Assembly (NCBI RefSeq): GCF_018350175.1
Contig: NC_058368.1
Span: 229,216,001 to 229,280,000, forward strand
From: Felis catus
Lineage: Eukaryota
Length of the DNA: 64,000 nucleotides
Direction: 5' to 3'
Position 1 is the stretch's first letter, and the number at the start of each line of letters is the position of its first letter. Below the pieces are notes generated by a model that did not search any database, was not told where the DNA came from, and was given only the letters and a program-made list of their open reading frames with translations. A program made the position numbers and the translations under genes. This document shows, piece after piece, positions 38,503 to 51,315 of this stretch.

Positions 38503-38703
38503 GGGGTTCCTGGGTGGCTCAAAGTGTCCGAGTTTGGCTCAGGTCATGATCTCACGGTCTGTGAATCCGAGCCCCGTGTTGGGCTCTGTGCTGACAGCTT
38601 AGAGCCTGGAGCCTGCTTCAGATTCTGTGTCTCCCTCTCTCTCTGCCCCTCCCCTGCTCGTGCTCTGTCTCTCTCTTTCTCAAAAATAAATAAACATAAA
38701 AAA
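38503..38703 (+). mobile_element. Felid Can-SINE with a small head deletion
   Basis: Perfect 15-bp TSD AGAACTTCCCTTCCA at 38488 and 38704. Confidence 0.96.
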
Positions 38704-39250
38704 AGAACTTCCCTTCCAAGCAAAGCTTGAATCCATGATGTAGGTGGAGGTATTTACTGGGAAGACAACTGCAGGAATGAGGGAGAGAGCTAAAAGACAG
38801 AGACACAGAAGGTAGAAAAGCCAATGAAGGGAGTGCTTTGCCCAGATCATAACTGTAGGCAACTGGACTTGATTCTGCTAACATCTCCCAGGAAGTGTAT
38901 AAATTGCCTTTCAAAATGTTCCTCCTGAAATACAGAGTAGCTGGAGCATTTATCCATAAGGATAAAGGATGACCCTGGATATAAGCTTTTTTTACATTCC
39001 AGGGTCACATGTGCAAGTATTAGAAAATCCCTTGGAAGGGCTCTGGAGTAGAAAGTCATAAGACTCATAAGGTAGCATGTGACAGGATGCCATCAGCACA
39101 GGCTGATCTTTCACAAAAACTGTCCCCTACAACAGCAGTTGACATCAGAGTTATTCTGAGAAGATGAGACATACAGTACAGTCTCATCTGGATCACCACT
39201 TCCCTACCCATAACAATGGTATTTATATCCTTTTTTTTTGTAGGAGCATA

Positions 39251-39275
39251 TGTGTGTGTGTGTGTGTGTGTGTGT
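39251..39275. repeat. (TG)n microsatellite
   Basis: Visible. Confidence 0.9.
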
Positions 39276-40584
39276 ACATTTATTACCCTCTTTCAGACCC
39301 TAGTGTCAACTACATTTTCCTAAGTCTACACTACCTTCCTCTCTACCTAATACATGAGACACCCACTCTGGAAAAGAAAGTCTATAGATACAAAAAACAT
39401 TCTAAGTAAATACATGGGAATTTGGTTTTTTTACTGTTGGTTTGTTTTTGTTATTTTTCTTTTCTCCAGATGAAGAAAAGTAAGTGGAACCACATGAACC
39501 AAAAAGAAGCAAAGGGAGACATCTTAATTCCTGAGAGAAAATAAGCAGCTTCCATCCAGGATGCAAACAGGGACAGTCCATCATTCATAAACCATCCAGT
39601 TTTGTGAGATGCAGGTGATTGTCTCAGAATGTCTGCTAAGATCCTAACACCCTTATCGCCAGGACATTTCTTTATGACATAACCCATTGTCTAATAGATC
39701 TATATACACTTCGTCTCCCAGAAAAATAAAGGGTCAGTTTCGACTCCTTAGGGAGTTATGTATGATTCCAATGTGGAAGACCATGCTCCACAAACTATTT
39801 GTGACTCTCGAATTTATATTTGTTACAATTTGTAAAGTTATCAAGAGTGTTTTTCCCTGAGTCTCCCCAAATACACATTCTGTGGCATAGGCTCATATTC
39901 TACTATATTTCAGGGAGTGCACTCCCAATATGAAAAAGACATGGAAGGAGGGAGGGAGACAAAGGAAAAGAGAAAAACAATGCAAGTGGTCGTCACTTAG
40001 TATCAAGCACTATGGGTTGCTTAATCTTGCAAGACCCTCTTCTAAGAAAATGTATAAATGATGGTTGGGATAGCCTGTTGGGAGGTGGAAGGAAGAAACA
40101 CGTGTTCACCAGTTCCTATCTCTTATTTATCTAGGTTTTGCTTAATGCCTTAATATACCAAGAACTCCTCATTGCATAGAAATAAGCCAGCCCTCCACCT
40201 TCTCCTCTTCTCCTGCTCAGGGTCAACAGCTAAGTGCCAGTGCAGGAGGTGAAGTGTACATGGCATGACAATGAAGTGCCATACTCTTTGCTTTACGCTG
40301 CTTAAATTTGTCCAAAGTTAACAAACAGTTGCACCAATGGGAAGCTATTCAGAAGTGAAAGTAAATGCAAAAAGTTGCTTCCTCCATGGGGCTGCTGTCC
40401 CCCTCCATGCCCTCCAGTCATCTCTTCCTCTGCATCCCAACCTCAGCTACTTAAACAATGACGATTAAGGCTGGGATCTGGGTATCCTGACCCCAAGGGA
40501 TTCTGAAGGTCATGCACACCCATCTGCCCAAATAACACTTTACTTAGATATTCACTGACAACTCAGTTTAAAACTGCAGCCTCC

Positions 40585-40804
40585 GGGGCGCCTGGGTGGC
40601 GCAGTCGGTTAGGCATCCGACTTCAGCCAGGTCACGATCTCGCGGTCCGTGAGTTCGAGCCCCGCATCCGGCTCTGGGCTGATGGCTCAGAGCCTGGAGC
40701 CTGTTTCCGATTCTGTGTCTCCCTCTCTCTCTGCCCCTCCCCCGTTCATGCTCTGTCTCTCTCTGTCCCAAAAATAAATAAACGTTGAAAAAAAAATTAA
40801 AAAA
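40585..40804 (+). mobile_element. Young felid Can-SINE
   Basis: Same diagnostic head as the 33925 copy; TSD AAAACTGCA(G/A)CCTCC at 40570 and 40805. Confidence 0.97.
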
Positions 40805-40824
40805 AAAACTGCAACCTCCATTTT

Positions 40825-41055
40825 ATTCATCACTCCCTATGCTTCTTTTTTACTTGTGTTTTTTATGTAGCACTTATTGTCATCTAACATATTATACATT
40901 TATCTAATTTTTAAAATATATGTTCATTCCTCTAGAATGTAAGCTCCGTTAGGAAGAAATTCTTGGTTTTCTTCACTTCAGTATTCTCAGCATCTAAAGA
41001 AGTACCAGACATTGTAGACATTCAGTGCATTTTTTTTAATTTAGGAATATTTGAA
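40825..41055 (+). mobile_element. L2 3' end
   Basis: CTAGAATGTAAGCTCC..TTCACTTCAGTATTCTCAGCATCTAAAGAAGTACCAGACATTGTAG. Confidence 0.75.
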
Positions 41056-41239
41056 TAAGTATATGTTCACAATTACTTAGTCATTTTATTGTCTAAATAG
41101 ATGGGTAAAATATCTAGATAACATTTTGAATCGGTGTATTAGGGTTAAATTATTATTCATATTAAGGATCTTTAAAAAATTATAGCTTTTGCATTACATT
41201 TTATATTTCTGTTTTCCATGCTTCATTAGACATCATTCT

Positions 41240-41990
41240 GCTGAAATGGACATTTTTCACCAGTATCATTCCAGAGATTTCTCTGTTGTAATTTGCCACC
41301 TAAAGTTGCTGAGAAATCTAAAATCATCTTATTTTCCTTTTAAAGTGGCTCCTGTTTCTTTTCCCTGAATAGTTGCAGGTTTTCTTCTTCAACCTTGAAG
41401 ATCAATGAGTTTACCAGAAAATCTCAGTCTTTTTGATCTTTGTCAATGGTTTTCGAGCCATTGAAATACGGTGAGTATTTTGAACTTCTTCTTTTTCTTT
41501 CTTTTAGGAAAAGTTCTTGTATTTATTCTGAATACTTTCTATATAATTTTCCTGTTCTACACATCAATTTTCAAACACATCAATTATGTCCATTTTGTAG
41601 CTGTAGTGCATGTATCCAAAAGAATAATCTTGAACTTACAGTCACTGCTCTGGAATATTCTCACCTTTGTTTCTCCTTGTTGCCACTTTATCTGAAGAAT
41701 CCATTTTGCAGGATTTAATTTTCTTTTCTGTAAATATATCAAATATCAAATCTCTTCATTTTATTGTTGTCTCTTTGCTCTTTTTTTATTGTATCAGTGT
41801 ACCTTCAACTTATTCTAAATGCTATTTTATCTCATGTTGTTCATATTTTATTATCCTTAATGCCTCAAACCCATGTACTGTCAAATGTCTTCTTTTCCAT
41901 AGAGCAAAGTTTTCAAGTATCTTATCAGTAATATTTTCCATGATAAGGAAATTTTCCCATCCTTTTGTTCCATAATCAGTATTTTGTAAT
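41240..41990 (-). mobile_element. Old L1 ORF1-region antisense fragment
   Basis: GTTGCTGAGAAATCT..TTTTCCCTGAATAGTTGCAGG..; strongly T-rich. Confidence 0.55.
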
Positions 41991-42724
41991 TATTTATATT
42001 TGAATCAGCTAACTTTATCTACACACTTCACTTCCCTTTCCTTCTAATCACTACTAGAAAATTCTTGATGAAGTTTTTGAAACCATTAGAAGGTACATGT
42101 TTTATTTTCAGATTTTCAGTTGATGGATAATAACCAAGATACATTCAGGTTCTTTGGAGGAAATTCTGAGGAGGGCCACTAAATAACATCCTTCTCTTCC
42201 CAAGTCTTGAAGAAATTATAAAATAATGCAAAGAATGCCAGATGAAGGACATCTTCCTCTCTTTATTCCTAAAGGAATTCCTCTTCCCACAAATTTCAAC
42301 TTTCCTGTATTTCCCTGTCTCCATCAGGGTGTCTGCTCATTGAGTTGCTGTGATTGGAAATATCTTGCCCAGGTGCTTACTCTATTTCACTATTTAGATG
42401 CAACCTAAAATATTTGCTCAAAGCAACTTCACCTCACATCTCAAACTAAATTAATTCACACATTCCATCATGTCTCATTTTTTGTTGTCTATTTTTTGTT
42501 GTTGCTGCTTGCTGGTCAAAGTACCTTCATTACTAGTTAATCTCCATGTAGAGAGACTAGTATCAATTTTGCATCACCTGGATCTGGCATCTACCAAGAC
42601 ACATAACACTTATTAATTATTTAATATACAATTTTGAGTGGGTGAAAAAATATTTGTTATGAAGAAAAAAAATAGCAAATAATTGAATAGTATACACTAG
42701 GTTGGCAGAAATTGTTTTAAGTGG

Positions 42725-42920
42725 TCTACATCATTAATTAATTTAATCCTTAAACAACCAAGGGATTTATGGAGTATTACTGTCTCCATTTTATGGTTGA
42801 GGATACTGAGGCACACACAAGTATATAATATGCTTTGGATCACAGAGCTTGTAAGTAGCAGCTCTTAGATTTCAAACATAGAGTCTAGTACTGAATCTGA
42901 GGTCTGATTGTTTAGCTACT
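42725..42920 (-). mobile_element. MIR relic
   Basis: CTCCATTTTATGGTTGAGGATACTGAGGCAC..TCACAGAGCTTGTAAGT. Confidence 0.75.
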
Positions 42921-43147
42921 TGGTAAAATGTCCCTCAAAAGTCAGAAAAAAAAATCCCAAATGACAGTTACTTGCTAAGTCTAAACTCATTTACAGCATA
43001 TTTGACACTGCATCATTTTCTAATTTATATTTACGTGTTAGGAATTCCTTGTTATACCTAAATATAAAGTAACACTTTCTGAGGACTATTTCATCAGGAT
43101 TTCACTTACTTTCTCCCTGAATGGAAAGGAGCATAACCTACTCATTT

Positions 43148-43291
43148 AGAAAAAAGAAGAAAGAAGAAAGAAGAAAGAAGAAAGAAGAAAGAAGAAGAGG
43201 AGGAGGAGGAGAAGGAGAAGAAGAAAGAGAAGAAAAAGAAGGAGGAGCAGGAGGTGGGGAGAAGGGGGGGGAGGAGGAGGGGGAGAAGAAG
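43148..43291. repeat. Polypurine (GAA/GAAA/GGA) low-complexity tract
   Basis: Visible, about 140 nt almost pyrimidine-free. Confidence 0.95.
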
Positions 43292-43387
43292 TCTGTGATA
43301 GAAAATTGGATTTTCCCAACAGAATGCTGGATTCTCTGAGGAAATTTTGGCAAATTTTCTTGTGGGACAAAGAGTACTAAAATATTT

Positions 43388-43410
43388 ATTTCTTCTTTCT
43401 TTCTCTTTTT

Positions 43411-43466
<56 letters not shown>

Positions 43467-43477
43467 CTTTTTCTTTT
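43388..43477. repeat. Polypyrimidine (CT)n/(CTTT)n tract
   Basis: Visible. Confidence 0.95.
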
Positions 43478-43729
43478 GTAACAAAAGTAGTCCTGTTTCT
43501 TTGTTCCTCCCTACAGGATTTTCTCTTACCATGTCAAGAACTAAAGTCTATTCCAGCTTTGCATTGCAGTTTAGAAAAATCAGATTCTAGATGTTGCAAG
43601 AAATAGAAAAGAGACAAAAAGAGGCAACCAGTAACATGCAGAATGCTTTATTAATTGATATTGAAAGAGATACAACTTGAATTATAGACAGTGACATTTA
43701 TGTATGCTTCCCATAGTATAACATGCACC

Positions 43730-44630
43730 CTCGAGTCCATTAACCAACCCTGCCATCCTAACTTACATGTCTCATTCATTGCCCCTTCCATGAAATTATA
43801 TCATTTCCTCACTTCTTAATGTATCTTATGATTTACACAAGCACTTAATATAATGTATATGTACACACACACACACACACACAGGCACACATTGATGAAG
43901 TCCACAAAAATAGTATCATAGTGTGTATATTCTTCTGTAATTGGCTTGTTGTTGTTGTTCCAACTCAGCATTAAGGCAGTTCATCCATATTGCTAGGGAT
44001 AGTTATGGCTCAATTATCTCAATAAGGCAGATAATTATTCTATGGCAATGTGCTGTTTATCCATTCTCCCTATCAGTCAAGATTTTAGTTGATCTCCCAC
44101 CCCTGTTTTTTAATATCTAGGGCAGTGCCAATTTAAGTATCTTTGTAGCTCTCTCTTGAGGTGCAGGTACTAGAGATTCTCTGGGGTATAGACATGGGTG
44201 AGGATTTACTGAATCATAGCATATGTGAACTTTGGTCTTCACAATGTAATGCCAAACAATTTCACAAAAAGATTGCATTGTGCTAACCCCCTACCTGCAG
44301 TGTACGTTACTATACTATATATGCTCTATGGTCACATTTCTTAGGGTTTACCAACTGAATCAGTGTAGTCCTAATTGGAATTAGCCTGTAAATGAATTTA
44401 AGCATTTTCCTGATGTTTTGGCTACATGCATTTTCTCCATTTTGAAATGCTTTCTCATGTCATTTACCCGTTATCATTCTATTCTTGATTTATTAGACAG
44501 TGTTATATTATTGATTCTATTGTTTCTCTCTTTTTTGTATTTCAAGTATCTTATTCAAGACTCTAGGGTATTTTTTTCATGCTTATAGTATGTTTATTGC
44601 AATATTGTGTTAATAATTAATCAAGGTATA
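43730..44630 (-). mobile_element. Old L1 (L1ME-like) 3' fragment
   Basis: TTCATCCATATTGCT..TTTATCCATTCTCC..GGGTATAGACATGGGTGAGGATTTACTGAATCATAG. Confidence 0.65.
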
Positions 44631-44637
44631 TTTATGA

Positions 44638-44659
44638 GTATATATACACATATTATATA

Positions 44660-44716
<57 letters not shown>
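44638..44716. repeat. (TG)n(TA)n microsatellite
   Basis: Visible. Confidence 0.95.
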
Positions 44717-44719
<3 letters not shown>

Positions 44720-44799
44720 CAGGGTATAATGTTCTAATCTTAATAAATTATAAGCTTTTTCTTATTTAACTTTTCAATGGTAGCTGAATTTTTTCTACC

Positions 44800-46212
44800 A
44801 TTTTCATCCATGTTTCCCACCCTGAACAACACACCTCTCCACTAAATTATTCCTGTACCTCTGAGTTTTCTTTTGTTTGTTTGTTTAAATTCCACGTGTG
44901 AGAAAGGTCACACAGTATTTGTGTTTCTCTAACTTATTTCACTTAAATAATGTTCTTGAGGTCCATCCATGTTGTTACAAATGACAAGATTTTATTCTTT
45001 TTTTTATGGCTGAGTAATATTTCATAGTGTGTGTGAGTGTGTGTGTGTAACAATTTCTTTATCCATTCATCCATCAATGAACACTTAGGTTGTTTCCATA
45101 TCTTGGCTATTGTAAATAGCAATATGTATTTTTGAGTTAATGTTTTCATTTTCTTTGAATAAATACCCCAAAGTGGAATTGATGGATCATATGCTAGTTG
45201 CATTTTTAATCTTTTTAGAAACCTTTACACTGTTTTCTACATTGGTTGTTTACCCATTTATATTCCTACCAACAGTGCACAAGGTTTTCTCCACATCCTT
45301 ACCAATTCTTATTATTTCTTGTCTTTTTGGTAATAGTCATTGTAATGGGTATGAGGTAATATCTCATTGTCTTTTATTTGCATTTCCCTGATGATTAATG
45401 ATGTTGAACATCTTCTTATATACTTGTTTCCATCTACATGTCTTGATTGGAAAAATATCTATTTAGATCTTTTGCCCATTTTTTTAAAGGTGCTCAAAGT
45501 CTTTAATCAGGTATATGTAAATTTAAACCACAAAGGCAACCACTACACTCATTAAGATTGATAAAACTAGCATACAAACAAGAAAAGTAATAACCACCAT
45601 TGACAAATTTGTAACACATTGGAAATGTTTAAACTTAGACCATTTGAGATAATTGGGACGTACGCTTATGTTAGTTATAGTTATGTTAGTTAACGTATAG
45701 TTATGTTAGTCTTCAAATTTGCTAAACGTTGCCAATTTTTCCAAAGTGGTTTTGCTAACATATACTTTCCAGAAGTATTCTGCCCATTTTCTAATCAGAT
45801 GTTTTTTGCAATTGAATTGTATAAGTTCTTTATATACTTGGGATACTAGCCCTTACCAAATACACAATTTTCAAACATTTTCCCCCTTTCAGTAGATTGA
45901 CTTTTCATTTTGTCGATGGTTTCCTTTGTTGCACAGAAACACTTTTGCATGATATAGTCACACTTATTTATTTTTGCTATTGTTGTTTTTGCTTTTGGTG
46001 GTTAGATTAAAAAATCATTGCCAAGGCCTATGTCAGTTGGATAACTTCCTATGCTTTCTTCTGGGAGTTTTATGGTTTCAGGCCTATGTTCAAGCCATTA
46101 ATACATTTTGAGTTAATTTCTGAGTATGGCTTAAAATAGTGGTCAAAAAAAATAGTGGTCAAACTTCATTCTTTTGCATGTAACTGCCCTATTTTCCCAG
46201 CACCATTTATTC
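44800..46212 (-). mobile_element. L1 3' portion (ORF2 end plus 3'UTR) with an internal ~300-bp insert
   Basis: ORF 44943..45203 (YDPSIPLWGIYSK..LFTIAKIWKQPKC..DEWIKK) matches the L1 ORF2 C-terminus. Confidence 0.9.
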
Positions 46213-46625
46213 TTGAAGAAAGTAACAGGATGATCCTGAACTCATTTTTACAGACACACAAGCTTAGAGCTATATCTGGAACAATTTTCTGCTTAAAAAA
46301 ATAACAACTAAAGGCTGGCTGCGTGAAAACTACACAATAAACAAGTGAGAAGAAAACCATGTCCAAGTGGAAGAAGAAGCTGGGACATAATCTTGCCATA
46401 AGCCCCTCCCCTGGTACATCAACCCACCACCAGGAGGGAACTCAAAACCCGGAGCTCCTCCCTGAGAAGCAGAGGGTTAGCACCTGACGTTGAGAACCTT
46501 ACCTTTTAGGACCAGCAACTGAGAGATGAGCCCCCACACCATCTACCTTTGAAAGCCAATGGGGTTTGCATCGTAAGACCCACAAGAGTAGCGATCTGCG
46601 GACAGCCCCTAAGGAACCCCCACAC
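46213..46625 (+). mobile_element. L1 5'UTR-like fragment
   Basis: GATCCTGAACTC..CACCAGGAGGGAACTCAAAACCCGGAGCTCCTCCCTGAG..GAGATGAGCCCCCA..TTTGAAAGCCAATGGGG resembles laurasiatherian L1 5' ends. Confidence 0.65.
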
Positions 46626-46989
46626 TCAGACGTAACAAATACAACTGGGTAACTAAGTGGCATATGTTCAACATAGAGTTCGGTGAACTGGAAGTAACTT
46701 CATGACAAAATTTCTAGTGAGAAGAGCAAATGGCAAATAAGTATATGAATTCACATGGCATTTTAGTGATGAAAGCTATATCCCATGCAATTCCATATGC
46801 TGTTAGCATTAGAAAACTTCCAACAATGTTAGTTCTTTTACATTGATCATATATATTAACGTGGCAAAGTAAATTCTCAATTGATGCAACTTTTAAACCT
46901 GAGATCAATATTAAGAATTACTATTAAAATGAATACAAAATGTAACATATAATTATTGGTCTTATAACTAACACTCTAAGACAAACCAT

Positions 46990-47185
46990 CTTTTAAGTAC
47001 TTTGCATATATCAACACATTTCATTCTCATAACAAACTTAAGAGACGGATATTGCTGTTAACCCATTTCACACTCAAGAAAACAGAGAGATTTGGTAATT
47101 CACCCCACAGAGGCGATGCATGGCAAAATTCATATTTGAACTCAAGCATCTGGCTGCAAATCCCATGCTTTTTATCATTATATTA
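46990..47185 (-). mobile_element. MIR relic
   Basis: CTCATAACAAAC..CCCATTTCACA..GAAAACAGAG..TTTGAACTCAAGCATCTGGCT. Confidence 0.65.
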
Positions 47186-47500
47186 GTATGACATTAGTGA
47201 GTACATTCACATGGAAATAAGTGGTGAATAAGTGTGATCTGATACATCTTAAAACTTTTTGTATTTAGTATTGTTATTTACATATAGGTAATATGCATGA
47301 AAATACATGAAGATGAATATGATTTATGAAAGTAATTCACTGGTCAAAGAAATTAAGATTTTATAAATATTATAGTAAGGAATGTGAAATACTTCCTTAG
47401 TGACTTACTTGTCTGTTACAATTCCCTGAATATAACTTTTGTTGTATAAACCACTAAGACATGGAAATATTGACGCATATCTCCCTCTCTACCTCTCTCT

Positions 47501-47501
<1 letters not shown>

Positions 47502-47544
<43 letters not shown>
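47502..47544. repeat. (CA)n microsatellite
   Basis: Visible. Confidence 0.95.
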
Positions 47545-47545
<1 letters not shown>

Positions 47546-47652
47546 CAAATATTATGGAGCTATGCATAAACTCATTGTTCCAATATATGCTATTAGTATA
47601 TTCTTAGATAGCATATTCAAGATTATATTTTATTAAGAATAAGGGTAGGTTT

Positions 47653-47811
47653 GGGATGCCTGAGTGGCTCAGTCATTTAAGCATGAGATTCTTGATTTAG
47701 TCTCAGGTCATAATCTCACAGTTCATGGGATCAACGCATGCCTGATTAGGCTCCATGCTGACAGATTCTTTCTCTCCCTCCCTTTCTGCCCCTCTCCTGC
47801 TAATATACTCT

Positions 47812-47842
<31 letters not shown>

Positions 47843-47852
47843 CCTTAAAAAA
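47653..47852 (+). mobile_element. Can-SINE, diverged
   Basis: GGGATGCCTGAGTGGCTCAG head; AAGAATAAGG on both flanks. Confidence 0.92.
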
Positions 47853-50387
47853 GAATAAGGTAGATTAAAAAACTCAAGTCAACATACAGGAAATTATCTT
47901 TATATTTTAATAAGTTATTTGCGGAGGCTGCATTTTTGTCACCCTCTGACGACATATTTAAGATGCTTAAAAGAAAATACCCATAGCAACAAAGAGATAT
48001 AGAATCAGTTGCTTAAGCAAACAGATAAAATCTGGACATATGCATTGTACTATTACAAATTTGCATGCACATATGTCACCATGCTTTTTTTAATAGACCA
48101 TTTTTCTTTGTTGCATTTCCTAAATCACAGTATATTGGCTGACAAACCACATGCTAGGTTGTGCATGATGTTCTAACCATACTGACAAGCACAAAGTTTA
48201 TAACCTGGCTTCAGACCTAATGGTTCGAAATTGAAAATTCCAGTCACATAAATATCTGTCATCAGGATTATAAGCACCTTATATCTTCTCTATTTGTAGC
48301 TGAAGTAACTGAAATCTCTTCTTTTGTAAGGAATACAGTCTGTTTTTACAGCTTCTGATTTACCTCTTTGTATCCTTAACTAGGGGTTGTACAGGAGCTC
48401 CTGAGGAAGATACACTGCATTGTGTCCGAGTAAGCCTGAGGATAAGCCTGATAGAGAACAAAATTGGAAAGTCAGTGGAATGGATTTCTCTCTATATTTT
48501 ATATTTGATGGATACACTTCTATTATGGGTCTTTATTTTGGTACTCTGTCAAATTTCTAAAAATATTTTCGTTTCCGACATATCAGATTTTTTCCTTCGC
48601 CTTATCTGTTAAATGTGTCATTTCCACTCAATGTTGAGCTTGGGAAAAATAAAGTTTTTCTATATACTTATTCTGAGTTATAAGAATATTGAATGTACTT
48701 TAAGTAATTACAGAATATGTTTACTCTTAATGTCCTTTTCAGCTTCTGTGTAATTAATGCCCCAGAAAGAACAGAACAGTCTTTTGGGCTTTGGATTATC
48801 TTTCTGAATTGCATTTTTCCATTTCCTGGTGACCTAAAGCATCACCATTAGCTTTAGTCATATCAGAAGGATGGTTTTCTTTTTATTAAAGTGATTCGAT
48901 CAGTTTAAAACATTTGAACAAGTACTGCAGCAAGAAATGAAATTGATGGAAGAACTCTCAAATTTCTAAGAAATTAAGGCAATTCGAGGCCATAAATTCT
49001 CCCATTCTCCTTAGGACACACCTTATATAAAGCAATCTGTGATATGAAAACAGAAGAAGATTCCTTTTATCATTTATTTTTTGGGAGAGAATTTTAAATC
49101 TATAGGTGTCAGTGATATTTACTTGTTCTTTGAATTTAGGGAGAATTTCTGAAACGGTACACATGACTTGCCAAGCTATAAGTGTTTTCTTTTCCCTTCA
49201 AAGGTTATTCATAATTGCCAAGCATGAAGAAATAAATCTCATAACAAACAGAAATGGTATGTCAGTGTCATTTGCAATGGGAACTGTTTTGCAATAGGTA
49301 CAGCCCACAGAAAAGGGTCTACAGTACTCGGTAATTTTTATTCCTGGGACTAAATCTCTAGAGGCTATATTAAAAGCAGAAAGGGCATGTTTACAGACTT
49401 ATTTCCAGGCAAACAGTGGGATGTTATTGATCCCACGTTTCTACCATGTGTTCACGTGTAAACTTCAAATAGCATCATGACCGGCAAAGTTGTATATATT
49501 TTTCTAACATGGTGACAATCAGAAGTATTAACAAAATTCATTCATCCTACAAAAATTTGGTAGAGAGGGTGGGTTCCTAGTAAATTCAAGGATAGGAATT
49601 GGATTCAATCAATTCACTACACAAACATTCGTGTACCATTTTTAGAATATGTGCAAAGTATACCTAACTGCCTGAGCAATAAGGTGCAAATATATGACTT
49701 AAAGGGACATCACTACTGAATGAGAGAAGCACTAATAAAGAACAATGCATGCAAATTCCGCTGTTCTTTTCCAGAATCTTAAGGACATCCTTATCTGGTA
49801 GGCATAAGCAGGGGACTCTTCCCTGAGAACAGGGAAATTTTGATCGGAGCATTGATAACTGACATTTAAATTAACATTGTATTTTTCATAGCACAATGTA
49901 TATATGCATTTGTCAATGAGTTAAGGGTCTTAGCTAAGGGACAGCTTGCATACACATAGATCTGATGATTTTGCTTGACATGTGTGCAAAGTGTTGATAG
50001 ATATCAGCTTTAGTAGCATAAAGGAAGACAGAGGAGTGATTTTCTGTGTGATATGAATGCATGCATAACAGATATGCTGTGCCTACAGTATATTCTTATG
50101 TATACATTTTATTCGTATGATAGCTTCTCTCTCTTCACACCCTCTCATATATCCACTATGAAACTTTCAAGGAAAGTACAAGGTCCTCAGAGTAGAAGAT
50201 ACAGGAACACTTTCTCTTCTGCACCTATATATTATGGGGATGCTAAGACTGCTGGAGGTGTGTGTCCCAATCTCTCTCTCCAGGTTTTAAAGAATGTGGT
50301 TGCAGAATTGTTGCATTGGGAGAGGGCAAGGAATAGTAAATACAAAATAACTTCTTTTATTCCCTCTTCATATTGGGATATAAATGA

Positions 50388-50750
50388 TGTCCTTAGTCAC
50401 TTCAGGCTGCTATAACAAACTGCCGTAGACTGAGTGGCCTAAACAACAAACGTTTGTTTGTTCTAGAGGCTCGAAAGTCCAAGATCAAGGGACCTGCAGA
50501 TTTGGTGTCTGGGGAGAGCCCAATTCCTGGTTCATAAATGATCATCCTCTTGCTGTGTCTTCATGTGACAGAAGGGATGGGGTATCTCTCTGGCATCTCT
50601 TTTTTTTAAGGACACTAATCCTGATCATAAAGACTCCACTCTCATGACCTAATCACCTCCCTGAGTCCCCACCTTCTCATACCATCACATTGGGAGTTAG
50701 AATTTCAACATATGAACTGGGCCAGGGGGAGACACATTCAGTCCATAACA
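50388..50750 (-). mobile_element. MaLR solo LTR (MLT1A-like), complete
   Basis: TGTCCTTAGTC..GGCTGCTATAACAAA..AAGTCCAAGATCAAGG..CTCATGACCTAATCACCTCCC..CAGTCCATAACA; TG..CA ends; 5-bp TSD AATGA/GATGA. Confidence 0.92.
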
Positions 50751-51109
50751 GATGATGAAAAGTGGGTGGTGACAAGGTGAAAGTCCAGCCAAGGCTAGTG
50801 TCACACAAAGGATATGGTTCCAGGAAACACTTAGTACCAACAAGCTACCAATTGCAGAAATCAGCCCACCATGGCAGTGGGATGCATAGGTGGCTAACCG
50901 CTGGTTACAATTCAGAGGACAGGAGGCACATCCCAGGACCAGCATGGGCCCTGGAGCCTCCCTCATCCCAGTGACAGATAAGTAACATTATTTTTATCTG
51001 TTAGACATCTTGACGAGGAGCAAGTAGAATAGGAAAATCTGAAGGACCAAGCAGTAAGTCAGAAAGACTGAATTAAACCATGAATAAAACTAACAAACTA
51101 TAATGTGAT

Positions 51110-51315
51110 GTTAGATACTGCTCTAAGATCTTTACACACATAACTTACAGTTTTAAATATCACAAAACCCCAGGTGATAGTTGCTATTCTTATCTCCTAT
51201 TATAAAAATGAAGCCACTGAGACACAGGAGGGGACATCACTGGCCATAGTAATGCCAGGGTTCAGTCTCAAGCATCTGGCTGCAGAGGTCATGTGTCAAT
51301 CTACTGCACCACACT
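51110..51315 (-). mobile_element. MIR relic
   Basis: ATCTCCTATTATAAAAATGAAGCCACTGAGACACAG..GGGTTCAGTCTCAAGCATCTGGCT. Confidence 0.65.

Noticed and set aside
48380..48435. Possible 46-nt micro-exon AG|GGGTTG..CCGA|GTAAGC
   Set aside because: No recognisable peptide; such pairs are common by chance
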